64,000 bases of DNA, from positions 622,122 through 686,121 of the forward strand of contig JAWQFM010000012.1 of NCBI GenBank assembly GCA_033442325.1, written 5' to 3'. The stretch is from Salpingoeca rosetta (taxonomy: Eukaryota > Protista > Choanoflagellata). The notes under the pieces were generated by a model. That model was not told where the DNA came from. It made no database searches and was given only the letters and a program-made list of their open reading frames with translations. This document shows, piece after piece, positions 18,801 through 47,555 of this stretch (the stretch's first letter is position 1; each line of letters begins with the position of its first letter). A program made the position numbers and the translations under genes.

Positions 18801-20288
18801 TCAAAGCGCACGCGAGCGACGCGGACCTGCAGATATCCGGCATTCGCTTGCTCGAACGCCTCTCCTTCAACGGTGGGCCGTGCATGTGTCATGTTGCTTG
18901 CTTATGTGTCGTGTTGCTTGGTCATGTGTCGTGTTGCTTGGTCGTGTGTCGAGCTTGCCTCTGCACTTACACACACACATGCTCGCATGCTCGCATGTTC
19001 GCATGCTCACATTCAGATACACACATGCATGCACCTGGTGTCGTGCTTGCATGATTGCTTTTTCATGTCTGTTACACCGTTGACACATGCGAAACCCTCA
19101 CGTCATTATCGGATGTGTTGGTTCACGGACGGCAGAAAACAACCACGTGGTTGCGAATTCCGCGTGTGTGAGCGCCGTTCTGTTTGCGCTTGAAATGCAT
19201 TTGAAACTGGGCGATGTTGTTGCATCGAGCCTGTTCACGCTCAACAGCCTGGCGCTGAACGGAGCCAACAGACAGGCGATTATGGCCGCACACGGACACG
19301 AACTCCTAATGCTTGTCATCAAGCGATGGTGCGTGGTGCGATGCGTGACGTGATGTGACATGATGTCACAGCAGTGCAGGTTTCATCCATTGCTGCGTGC
19401 TGCTCTTTCGTCCAGGTCTTTGCTTCTTACCAACACTTCAAACTTCTTCTTCTTTGTGCGATGCTCGGTCACACACACACACACACACACACACATACAT
19501 ACACAAATGCATATTCGCACACACTCCTTCGTGTTGCGTTCTGCGACCACCACATGTCATCACAGGCGCCGGCGTGCTGATTTGCTGAAATACGCGTGCG
19601 GCGCCCTCAGCAACCTTGCATTCAAGAGTGGTACGGTGCATATTGTTGGTTTTGTTTGTTTGTATTGTGCGTGGCACGTTGTACACCTGACGCTCGCGCG
19701 TGTGTTGGTGTATGTGTGAGTTCGCCATGCATCGCTCAGTGCGACTGGTGTGCGTTCACACCACATCACGTTGCGTGTCTGCATGGGTCCCACACAGACA
19801 AGATCCGCCAGGCCCTGCTTGTGGCCGGCGTTGCAAAGGCCATGTGCGCACTCATTAAGGACAAGATTGACGAACCAGAGGTACGGTTCATTGTGTCAAC
19901 ATGGTGTGTGTGATTGTGTGTGATTGTGTGTGATTGTGTGTGATTGTGTGTGATTGTGTGTGATTGTGTGTGTGTGTGTGTGTGCGTGTGATTTGTGTGT
20001 GTGTGTGTGTGCGTGTGTTTGATTGCAATTGTATGCTGACGTCGTGTTGACGTGGGCGTGTGGGACTTGTGTACATGGTGTGCTCATGGGCACACCTCCG
20101 TTTGCCATTGCTCTTCTTGCCGCTTCAGGTGATTCTGCCGGCCTGCGCCGTTCTGCGGAACCTGTCGTCACACATCAGTGAGTTGAAGACAGAAGACGCA
20201 GATGCAGTCGCAGATCATGCTATTGCTTCTAATAATGCGAGATGCACTGTTGCTTTCAGTCGTTCAGCTTTGCAGCTCCAACACACAC

Positions 20289-20366
<78 letters not shown>

Positions 20367-21069
20367 CACACACTCACACACACACACACACACAACAACA
20401 CACACACACACACACTCACACTCACACACTCACACACACTCACGTGCGCGCAACATGGCAGAATCGCACCGCAAGTCTGTGTACGATGCGGGTGCATTCG
20501 AGACGATGGCGACCGTGCTGAGCGAGCACGGTGCCGACACCACGCTCGTGTATTGGGCGTTTGGCGTCCTCAACAACATCTGCCGCGAGCCCGCCATCAA
20601 GCGTGAGGCCGTCCGTATTGGCTGGGTCGACAGGTGCACTGCAGCCATGAACCAGTTTGAAGAGGTGCGATGCTGGTGTGGCATGGTGTACAACAAGTGT
20701 ATGCTGCGTTACACATTGCACCAGGCATGTTGGTCACCATTCACACATGCACATACAATTGTCTCTATGTCTGCTATCTCTTGCATGTCCCCATCTCACC
20801 GCGGAATGCACTCAATGTGCTTGTTCCACCAACCGACCCCGCTTCCCTCCCTTCCACCCCTCCCTTCTACCTTCTCCATCCCACACCCCATGCATTCCTT
20901 GACCCATGTGCTCCCTGGCGTGCAGACATCGCCTGCGTATCAGGCCGCACTTGAGCTGTGGACGCGCCTCCCAAAGCCAAAGAAGCACGACAGGAGTGGA
21001 GTGCGCGTCGAGACAACCCCTGATTCCGTCCAGGAGATGACGGGCGCTGAGCTGATGACCTTCGCGTGA
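13953..21069 (+). CDS. Armadillo/ARM-repeat protein, ~20 exons
   Basis: Short exons encode repeated helical units of the pattern M/L-x-x-H...D/E-V/L-Q/H...A/G-L-x-N-L-A/S. Examples: CIRLHPQDESVLTSALGALRYL, MKQHKDKADVHRYGTLALENLA, MAMHPEEEDVQFNACRLLANL, LKAHASDADLQISGIRLLERL, LLKYACGALSNLAF, VILPACAVLRNLSS. Ends ...EMTGAELMTFA*. Confidence 0.75.
15222..15317 (+). repeat. Intronic (GCT)n/(GTT)n trinucleotide microsatellite
   Basis: About 25 perfect GTT units preceded by GCT units. Confidence 0.9.
19908..19975 (+). repeat. Intronic 10-bp tandem repeat (TGATTGTGTG)n
   Basis: About 6 perfect copies. Confidence 0.85.
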
Positions 21070-21604
21070 TGTTGTACTGCACACACACACACACACATAT
21101 TCTGTCTCTGTCCCTCTCTGTCTCTGCCTCTCTCACTCACTCACACATACACACACTCTGTCTTGTTCGCTATTCGCGGTTCGCATGCGCTGTGTGTTCT
21201 AATTGATGACATGTATGGGCTGTTGCAGGTGTTATTCCGAACTTGTTTGTTTGGAGGGTGACATGATGGTTGAACGAAAGTAAAGGGTGCTTGTTTGTTT
21301 GCGAATCTGAAATGAACGATTGGCAGCAACGACGGTGGCGATGGTGGCGATGATGTGATTTGATTTTATGCCTTTTTGCTTGTTGTGTACAGTTCGTTAC
21401 AGAAACAGAGAGGGAGCAAGAGCAAACCAAGAGAAAGAAAGCGAGAACGGAAATAGGTATGTTGGCTCGAAACAAAACCAGCCGTCAACACGTGCTGGTG
21501 ATGTAGTATGCGCCATTCTGTACAGACAGGCAGGCAGACACACAGACACACACACGACCACACACACACACACACATACGCACACACACATACACACTAC
21601 TACA

Positions 21605-37799
<16,195 letters not shown>

Positions 37800-38273
37800 G
37801 TCGCTGACTTGTGTTGGAGCAGCGAGCCAGCCCGAATCGTTGAACAAGACAAACCAAAGAAGAAGAGAAGAAGAACAGAGGAAGAAGCAGTACTGCGCAC
37901 TTGGGCAGGACTGAAGGTGTGTCTGTGTCTTCCTTCCTGCTTCCTTGTTTGCGTCACCCGTTTCTTTTCTTCTTCACCTTCACCTTGTTCCTTTGATGCG
38001 GCCCGCCTCCCTCACATACGCACACACACACTCTCCCAACAACAAGCTGCTGCTGTGTTGTGGTGTTGTGTGGTTGGTCGGATTTGAATGGATGCTGGCA
38101 GCGTCAGTGGCGGGTGCGGCCGATGAATACCGAAAGATATCAATGAAAATTCTACAATAACCAAAAACAAAAAAGAAAATGGCCAACCAAACAAAACAAT
38201 GCGTGGGATGGGTGTGGCGTTTGTGGCGTTTGTGGTGTGCCTGCAGGCACGGCAGGTGCGCATGCGTATTGAG

Positions 38274-38305
<32 letters not shown>

Positions 38306-38428
38306 TGTGTGTGTGTGTATACATGCGCGTGGTGTGTGTGTGTGTGTGTGTGTGCGCGTGTGCGTGTGTGTGCTTGTTTGCTTGTTTGCTTGTTTGCGCC
38401 TTGTCTGTTTTGTCTGCCGCCCACAGTG

Positions 38429-40434
38429 TCACGAGGAGCCAGAAGATGGCTGGGTGATGGCCAGCTTGTCCAGCGTATCTGCAATGTCCTCACGTCCCTG
38501 CGTGCGCGCCCTGTGGCAGACAAAAAAAAAAGTACATCATGCAGGATGAAGGCGAGATGAGGGTTGAAGGAAAGCACGTGCTGGTAAAGATGGATAGAGA
38601 ACGACAGACAGCGGTGAAGAAGCAGGAGAAAAAGGACAGAGAGGTGGAAACAAGACAACGACAGGCACACAGACAAGACACCATGTACTTCGTCCACAAA
38701 CACACCAACAAACAAACACACCAACAAACAAACACACCAACAAACAAACACACACACCAACAAACAAACACAAAAAATCCATGCGATACCTTTGGCTGGC
38801 AGTCGTTGGGCGGCCCGGCAAGTCGGCAGCAGGGTCGCTGTGTCCGCCGGTGTTCTGCAACAGCGTAACAATGGCCTGATGTACGTGTTGTTGTGAGCTT
38901 ACAGTGAGGTCCACATGAACAAATAAACGGATCTACAATACGGTTCCCCAAAATACACACACGCACACAAGCACACACTCATGCACACACGCACACAAGC
39001 ACACACTCACGCACACACGCACACATGCACGCACACATGTACACACACCTCGTGCTCCATCATGGCTGCGAGGTCGAGAGGCGTTGCGTCGCCCGTTTCC
39101 GGGTTGGTCACGTGCGTGTTTGCACCAGCCTTAAGCAGCATCTTCACCACGTCCTTGTTGCCCGTCGTCACGGCAGCATGCAGCGCGGTGTTGCCTGACG
39201 CAGCCCGTCTAGAGTGGGAAGGTGAGACAAGAGGCAGCAGGGAGGGGGGAACGCGTGTGAGTTGAAGATGCCATGCCATCGGCCCGGGAATTCTGGGTGC
39301 AACGCACATGCGCAACAAGAAACAGGCACATACAACTACGCGCGGATACACAGACACACACACACAGACACAGAAACACATCGACACAGACACACAGACA
39401 CACACACACACACAGAAACACACACACACAGACACACAGACACAGACACACGCAGACACAGACACACACACACACACACGCAGACACACGTAGACACAGA
39501 CACAGACACACACACGCGCGCGCGCGCGCCAAGACAACGTACGCGTCAATGTCAAAGTGGTGGGCGTTGTCGAGAAGAAAGGCAATGACATCAAGCTGCT
39601 GGTGAAGCACCGCCACAAACAGCAGCGTGCGGCCCAGCCCGTCGAGCGTGTCAAAGGACACCAGGTCGCGGGTGAGGTAGTAGTACAGCACGTCCGCGTG
39701 GCCATATTTGACGGCGCGAAACGCTTCGTCCACCGCGCCCTCGTACGTGCGCGCGCCAACAGCGGTGGTGGGCCGGACCGGAACGCCGCGTGCGTCCACG
39801 TGTCGGGATGACTGTGCGCGATCGCGCGCATTCCCCGGGCGTGGCTGGTCGCGTGCGTCACCACCGCCGCTGTCGCTGTGGGGGCTGTTGGCGTTGGCGT
39901 TTCCTGCGCTGTCTGAACCGCCTGTTGCATTGCTTGGGTCTTCAAACACATCATGCCTGTTCTCGTCATCATTACCATCGCCATCATTGCCGTCACCACT
40001 CTCGCGGCCACCACGCCCGCCGCTGCCACACCGCCCGCACGATGCAGTTCGCCCCCGCAGCACTCCTTCGCTCTCCTCGCCGTGATCGCGACCGTCAACA
40101 CTCGCGCTCCGCTGCAGCAGCATTGCGGACGATGACGATGATGAAGATGCAGACGTGCCTGTTGCTGCGGAGCGCATGGCAGCCTTCTGTAGGGCAGCCC
40201 TCACCCGAGATGTGCTTGGGTGGCGCGGGGTGCCTGGCGGCGGCTTGGCCGGTGTTGACGTAGAGGATGGTGGGATGGGCGCCAGCGGCTTGTGCGGGTT
40301 GAGCGTGTACGTGCCTGGCTTTAGTACTGCGTCAGCATCAGGGCTGCCGAGAGCATCGTCGTCATCATCGTCTTCCCCGCCACCACCGCCGCCGCTGCTG
40401 TCGGATGAACTGCGCGCACTCGCCCGCTGCCCTA

Positions 40435-40476
<42 letters not shown>

Positions 40477-41530
40477 TTGTGAGGGATGAGGCCGATGACG
40501 CAGAGGACGAGCGCATGGCGCGTGCAAGCTCTGGCCTGGTGCCTGTGGATGTGCCTGGGCGGGCAAATCCTTCGGCCACCTGCATGGTGGAGAGGTTGTG
40601 GAAGAAGCTGACGATGGCGTTCATGGTGGAGAGCAGGCAGAACCCGCGCATGCCCAGGAGACACTGGCGGTGCTTTGTGTCGTCTGTGCTGCACTTGATG
40701 GCGCTGAGGAGCTCCTGGTATGGCCGGCGCTGCCGCAGGGACTGCGGATTGACGGGCGCCGTTGCCGTTTGCGCGCAGCCAAGGATGTGAAGGAGGTCCA
40801 GGCAGCCCATGCCGCCGTCGGCGAAGAAGGCATCTGGGTACTCACTGAAGACGGCACGGCGCAGCTTGACCAGGTCACGCTCGTGCACCTGTCCCGCATC
40901 GACGCCGTCCTGCAGCGCCATGCGGAACTCGTCCAGAAGCAGCTGGCCCTCCATCTGCAGCAGCTCCTGCCTGTCCTTGTCGGGCATCTCCGACATCCAG
41001 AAGTGGGAGAAGAGGATGACGTTGTCGTCGGAGCTGTACCACTGGCGGAGGCGGGCTAGGTGCAGCTGGGTGCGCTGCAGCCACAGCGTGAGGTAGGAGG
41101 CGTCCAGGAAGCCAAGCACGTGGTCCAAATCAAAGCCTGCCGCGGGCGTCTTTGGGCGCGGGGTGTGTGTGAGAGGTGCCAGCGTCCGTTTTCTTCCGTA
41201 CACAATCGGCGCCTGTCCAATCTGCATGAAAGTGAGTGAGCGTGTGTGTGTGTGTAGGTGTGTGTGTAGGTGTGTGTGTAGGTGTGTGTGTGTGTGTGTG
41301 TGGTGGGAGGAATCGGAGGTGGTGTGGGAGATTGGTGGGGTCACGTGTGCATCTGCTGATGCAATGGCAAGTACAACAAAGCTTCACACACACACATGCA
41401 CACACACATATGCACACACACATGCACACAAAAGGGTTGAACTGACTTGTCGAAGTGGTGTCTTCTTGATACCACCCGCATCATAGCGGGAAGCACCCAC
41501 CAATGATCTCAAGTCTCTGATGCTTGACAT
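38429..41530 (-). CDS. Ankyrin-repeat protein with an uncharacterised N-terminal helical domain, 5 exons
   Basis: Exon 1 [28 protein letters not shown] (41530-41447). Exon 2 (41221-~39543) has a globular domain [16 protein letters not shown]...FSHFWMSEM...SEYP...LLSAIKCST...RGFCLLS, a low-complexity linker and ankyrin repeats ([30 protein letters not shown]). Exon 3 [34 protein letters not shown]. Exons 4-5 run in phase to TGA at 38429. Confidence 0.82.
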
Positions 41531-41827
41531 GCTGGCTGGTGAGAGCAAGCGTGTGTGCGTATGAGTGAGTGAGGGAGTGATGTGAGGGGCGAGCGAGGCT
41601 GGCTGTTGTCAGAGCCGTTGCTCGGATTTAGATTGTTGTTGGATCATTTGCACAAATCGTCCACAACCAACTCGACACAAACAACAAGCAAACAAGCAAC
41701 AAGCAAGCAAGCAAGCAAGCTTCTCGCTGTTGTTGTCTCATTTCACACACATCACCATCACACCACGTCCATCTTCCATCACACCCCCCCTTCCTCAACA
41801 CACACCACACATTTTTGTTGGTCCAGC
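41531..41827. promoter_or_regulatory. Putative bidirectional promoter/5' UTR region between the divergent ankyrin gene and HAP40(/SSR4)
   Basis: Only ~300 bp separate the head-to-head ATGs. Contains (GCAA)n-rich leader sequence like that upstream of other genes in the window. No promoter motif proven. Confidence 0.45.
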
Positions 41828-42817
41828 ATGTCGTCTGGATTTGTGTACGACTACATGGCGCACTACCGTGCGATTACGGCAAAGTTGAAGAAGAAGTTCT
41901 TGAGGCGGCCAAACACAGCCGAGGTGCGCGACAGCTACAAGGACCTGTGCGTCCAGCTGACCAAGGAATGCAACCACCCATACGCAGCCTTTGTGTGCCT
42001 GGCGCAGGCGCGGTGCGAGGAGGCGCTGGAAAACAAGCTTGGCGAAGCAGAGACGCTGACGCGCGCAGGCCAGTACTTCTTCAAGAGCGAAGCGGACAAG
42101 GCCATGACCTCGCGAGACTCGTTCGAGGAGGATCTGATGGACGCGCTGTACTGCTTCGACGCGGCAATCGACATGTATCTCCGGGAGGGCAAGAAGGCGC
42201 TAGCGGCCGCGCTGTGTGTGGAAACGTCCCGCTCGCTGGCGCTGCTGGGAAAGGAGGAGGAGTCCATCCCTTACGCGCTGAAGGCCGCGGATCTGGAGTC
42301 TGAGAGCCCGCTGGCGGCGATAGCTGCGCTCACCCGCGCGTCGCAGTACCAGATCAACCTGCTTCGGTTCGAGGCTGCGCTGGACTCGCTCTTCCGCGTG
42401 GTGGACGTGGTGCTGGCGACGTGCCACGTGCGCAACGACGACAGGACGTGCTCCACGGTGCCGGTGGACTGTTTCCTGCGCGCTGCGCGCGTGTGTCCGT
42501 CTGGCGTGTACCGCGCTACCATTGCGGACGCGGAGGTGCAGTGCCTGCTGCTGTTCTACCTGATCCACCCAGACCAGCGTGGTCGCTTTGCCGCCTTGCA
42601 GCTGCTGGCCCAGCGCTACGGGAGCGTGGAGCACTGCCCGCATGTGGCACATCTTGGGCAGACGCTTGTATTTCTGCTGCGCACGCTCGTGATGCTGCTG
42701 GAGTCGAATGGCGACCCGCAGGCGCTTGTGGATCTGCAGGGCGAGCTGTGGCCACTGCTCTCCGCAACACAGAACCAACTTCTCCACCACATTGTCCAAC
42801 GCAGGCTCGAGAGATGA
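41828..42817 (+). CDS. F8A1: 40-kDa huntingtin-associated protein (HAP40/F8A) homolog, intronless, 329 aa
   Basis: N-terminal DYMAHYRAITAKLKKKFLRRPNTAE...PYAAFVCLAQARCEEAL resembles the HAP40 motif (RYR.VSNKLKKRFLRKPNV.EA...PYAAWC.LAVARC..AL). C-terminal LQGELWPLLSATQNQLLHHIVQ resembles LQ.EMWPLLTAEQNHLLHLV.Q. TPR/SNAP-like helices lie in between. Confidence 0.9.
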   Translation: MSSGFVYDYMAHYRAITAKLKKKFLRRPNTAEVRDSYKDLCVQLTKECNHPYAAFVCLAQARCEEALENKLGEAETLTRAGQYFFKSEADKAMTSRDSFEEDLMDALYCFDAAIDMYLREGKKALAAALCVETSRSLALLGKEEESIPYALKAADLESESPLAAIAALTRASQYQINLLRFEAALDSLFRVVDVVLATCHVRNDDRTCSTVPVDCFLRAARVCPSGVYRATIADAEVQCLLLFYLIHPDQRGRFAALQLLAQRYGSVEHCPHVAHLGQTLVFLLRTLVMLLESNGDPQALVDLQGELWPLLSATQNQLLHHIVQRRLER

Positions 42818-42851
42818 CCACGGATGTATATGTGTATACGTGTGTGTGAGC

Positions 42852-42945
<94 letters not shown>

Positions 42946-43015
42946 GTCGCGTCAGCTTTTTGTGCTTTGTGGCACCGCAACTCACATTGGCATTCTGTTT
43001 GCTTGCTGGGATTAG

Positions 43016-43941
43016 CTGCGACTGTTGATTGTGTCTGCGCTTGTTGCATGCGCCTCTGCTGCGCTGTGCGACAAGCCAGAGGTCTCTTCCACCTACGCTG
43101 CCACAGGCGTGGACACCCAGTACAAACAGACCTCTTTCCTCGCACAGTTTACGGTTTCTTGCGACGGCGAAAAGTTCCAGGTTTGCGGCTGTGTTGTGTA
43201 GTATTTGTTGTGTTGTGGGTGGGTGTGGGTGGGTGTGGGTGTGCTTATGCGTGTGTACATGTGTGTGTGTGTGTGTGTGGTGTGTGTGTGTGTGTGTGCT
43301 TGCATACATGTGTGCGTGTACCTTTACTTGTGTGCCTTGACTTGTGTACTCCCACGTCGTCATCTGCATCTCAACCCCCGGGGGTTTGTTGTTTTGGCAT
43401 GCAATGCATCATTCATTGTAGGACGAACTTGTGGCTCAGATTGGGAATGAATTCTACCCCGTTTCCTCTGACGACGAGGGCAACTACCAGGTGGGCAAGA
43501 TTCCGCTGTTTTGTGTGTGAACAAGAACGCGTCGTGCATGTGTGGTGTGTGTGTGTGTTTTGTTCTTGTGTTCGTGTGCTCAGGTCTCTTTTGTCCATGT
43601 GTGCGCACATGGCTCGTGCTGCTTGCTTGCGCTTGTGCTTGCGCTTGGCTTTGCTTGTGTTTGTTGTTTGGGATCTGCTTCTGCTCACCTTGAAATTGCG
43701 CTTTTTTTTCTCTCTCTCTTTTTGATGTGGCAGGTGAGCTGGTATGTGCCACACCGTGTTGCCGTCTCTGGTGGCGAGACCGTCAAGATCTTCGACCAGG
43801 ACAGCATCTCCCGCGCTCAGAAGGTGCGTCCTGTGTGCGTATGTGGTGGTGCGGGCGGGATACGTGTGGTGAGGTTTGTGGCGCGTGATGTGTGTATACG
43901 TGTCTGTGCGTCTGTGCTTGTGTGTGTGTGTGTCTGTGTGC

Positions 43942-44005
<64 letters not shown>

Positions 44006-44780
44006 TGTTTTGCGCGAATTTCTGCTGTGGCGTCAGTGCACATGTGCCTGTCTGACTCTCTCGTTTCTTTTCACGTGCGTGTTCTATGATGTCACGCTCA
44101 CTCTCTCCGCCATGCTCTCTATCCAACCGCCACCTGAACTTGCTTCAACTTGCAGGCGCTTCGTGAGGGCGGCAGCACCGACGGCCTGGAGGCATTCACC
44201 GTCTCCAGCTCGTTCTCGGTAAGTGGATGCCGGTGGCGTGTTGCGCCTAAATGTTGTCACTTTTGTTTCTTGCGACCTGCCATCATGCGGCACACACACA
44301 CACATACATACATACACACACACACATACATACATACATACACACACATACATACATACATACATACATACATACATACATACATACATACATACATACA
44401 TACATACATACATACATACATACATACATACATACATACATACATACATACATACATACATACATACATACATACATACATACATACATACATACATACA
44501 TACATACATACATACATACATACATACATACATACATACATACATACATACATACATACATACATACATACATACAAACAACACAAAACAAAACAAACAA
44601 ACGACAAACGTGTAACACACCCACACTTACTCCATCACCACGCACACATACACACACAACCCCACCGCGATGCAGTCGCCCATTGATGTGCAGCTCCCGA
44701 TTGCGCCCCAGTTCCTTGCCATGGCCGCCTTTGGTTACGCGGCTGTTGTCCTCTTCATGAAGACCAGGAACGTGCAATGA
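43016..44780 (+). CDS. SSR4: Translocon-associated protein subunit delta (TRAP-delta); start exon unresolved
   Basis: Phase-0 exons: ~43016-43180 LRLLIVSALVACASAALCDKPEVSSTY...FLAQFTVSCDGEKFQ; ~43422-43490 DELVAQIGNEFYPVSSDDEGNYQ; ~43734-43823 VSWYVPH...VKIFDQDSISRAQK; ~44156-44218 ALREGGSTDGLEAFTVSSSFS; ~44676-44780 SPIDVQLPIAPQFLAMAAFGYAAVVLFMKTRNVQ*. Signal peptide, two Cys, YQVSW motif and C-terminal TM match TRAP-delta. Absent from the ORF track as a unit. Confidence 0.85.
44292..44576 (+). repeat. Intronic (TACA)n tetranucleotide microsatellite in SSR4
   Basis: About 55 perfect CATA units plus CA-rich flank. Confidence 0.95.
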
Positions 44781-45187
44781 GCCCAACACACACACACACC
44801 GCCGCCATTGACACTGACGCTGCCCTGTGTGTGCTCGCACTGCTCTGTTTGTGTGAGCCTGCTTGTTTTTCGTGCCGTTGTTGTGTTGTTGCATTCACAG
44901 TGCGTGCATGCGTTTGTGGGTGTGCGTGCGTGCGTGCGTGCGTGCCGATTCAAACAGTACACCTGTCGCTTCTCTCTTCATATTTCGAGCGTAACAAGAG
45001 AGCCACAAAGGGAGGGGAGGTGGTGCCTTTACTGGCTGACTGTCTGACTGTCTGTCTGACTGTCTGTCTGACTGTCTGTCTGACTGACAACAGCAACACT
45101 GACTGCTTGCTGTTGAGCTAGTGAGTGGACAAAGCACGTATGTTTCAGACCGTGTGTGCGTGGGTGTGCTGCGCGACCATGTGTTGC

Positions 45188-47070
45188 TCAATTTGCAGCG
45201 TCTTCGTCGTGCCATGCCTGCTGCTGCGTGAGTGACTTGAAGCGTTCAGCCATCCCTGACGGGTTGGGAGAGTGGGAGAGGTTGGAGGAGAAGGATGAGA
45301 GAAGAGGTGAGGGAGGCATGGGGGCACTGGGGTTGACGCGAAAGACAATCCACCCTCTTCCAACCCTAAACCACACACATGCAAACACACAAGCTAACAA
45401 CACCACGCAAGCACGTACGAACATTCAAACTGCCCTCCCTGCCGCACGTGCATACACGCACCTTGGTGGACTTTGACAATGTCGAGAAAGTCGTTGCGGT
45501 GGATGACGAGAACCTGCACAGTGGTGGCCGCTCGCAGCTCTTCTGTGGACGGCGCGTTCACCAGGAAGCTGTCAAACCCAAGCGCAGCAGCACCACGGTG
45601 CACGGAGAGAAGGGTGCCGTGCCGGTCGAGTGCATGCACGCAGCCGCTGTGCACGAGGAAGAGCTGTGTGCTCTGGTCACCAACGCCGATGAGAGAATCG
45701 CCAGGAAGAAAGAACTGCGGCCGGTACTTGCGGCAGAGCGCAGGCAGGAAGCCCGCGTCGGTGTCCTGAAAGAACGGGAGCTGTGCAGCGCAACGTAGGG
45801 TGGGGTGATGATGGTGAGGGGGTGTACGACAGTGTGGTGAGGGGAAGAAGTGTGCAATGAAAAACACAAGCAAGACGGAACAAACGACGTAACACACACA
45901 CACACATGCACACACACACATGCACACACACATGCACACACACACATGCACACACACACATGCACACACACACACATGCACACATGCACGCACACATGCA
46001 CACATGCACACACACATGCACACCCGCACACGTGCACACACACAACACACGTGCACACACACATGCACACGCACCTGCTGTAGGATGGGCTGGCAGATGA
46101 TGAGAGCAACCTCCGTTTGCATTGTTGTCGGCAGATCCTCCATCAAGTGCGTAGTGTCGGTGGGAAGACCGCGGCGCCAACGCGCCTCAAAATGCTCCAG
46201 GCAGTGGGCAAGTGGACCCAACACGCCACGCAACTTGAGTGTTTCACGAACGGTCATCAACCGCTCCCGGCTCTGCACACGTTGGTAGTCTGCATTGGCC
46301 AGCGTGGAGGTGATGTTACCTGCAGTGGTGGTGGTGATGGCGGTGGGGGTGGTGGTGGTGGTTGGAATGTTATGTCGGCGCGTGTGCAATGTGTGCAGCG
46401 ATCACAGGGATGACAGTTCGGCCAACGAACGGGTGACTGCATTGCACTCCAGCTGTACATCCACATATAAACACACATTTGCAGCACTCACCGAGCACGA
46501 ATGCAAACAGGAGTTTGCCTGCAAGCATGAACAGCACCGCCGTGAGCTTCTCTGCGGTCGTGTGCGCGTGCAGATCGCCGTAGCCGGTGGTGGTGAAGGT
46601 GGCCATCGTCCAATACACGCTGTTGGTGTACACGGAGAACTGCAGCAGCCACACCAGGCAAGACGATACAAAAGTCACAGAGCGGCATGCACACGCACGC
46701 ACACACGCACGCATACACACACGCGCACACATATTTGCACACAAATATGGTTCACCGAAATGAACGTGCATGTGAGTGAAACGCCGTGGAACGTGACCGC
46801 AAACGCCGTCGTCGACTGAGATACCATCCCGCATTGACACAGCAAGAGACACCACTGGCACCATGTCCATGCAAGCTGCGTTGCACGTCACTCACGCGAG
46901 AGAGGCTGGTTGCGTGCGGGAGCCAGGAGGAGGATGAGCATGTCACGTCGGGCCCGCACGTTGCAAGATGCCACGTACACGACATGAGATGAACTGCCAG
47001 CGCAATGTACGCCGTGAACTTGATCACACGCAGCACCAGCACAGACGCATCTGCAGTGTGGTGGGTGGGC

Positions 47071-47112
<42 letters not shown>

Positions 47113-47470
47113 GCATGTGTGTGTGTGTGTTGCATGTGTGTGTGTGTTGCGTGTGTGTTGCATGTGAGTAGAGAGGGTTAGCGGGAACTGACGCGAGCAA
47201 ATATGACACGCGCACATGCAAGCCTGGCCAACCACAAGCTCAGCGCATGCCACATCTCATGTCTTCCAAACGAACCGAGCTCTGCCTCGCGAGCGGAGAA
47301 GAAGTGCATGGCGCGAAACAGGCGGCACACGCGCGTGAGCCGCAGGAGGGAAACGGCCGTAAACGCGTGGGGATGACGCGTGAAGAACAGCAGCACCTCA
47401 AAGGGCGTAAAGGACAGCAAGCCCAGCACCGTCCACCCAGCTCTGCGGGTTATGGTGGTGTTGCGACCAG

Positions 47471-47555
<85 letters not shown>

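Noticed and set aside
41582-41827. N-terminal extension of HAP40 to 411 aa
   Set aside because: Non-ATG start in low-complexity leader; homology begins just after ATG 41828.
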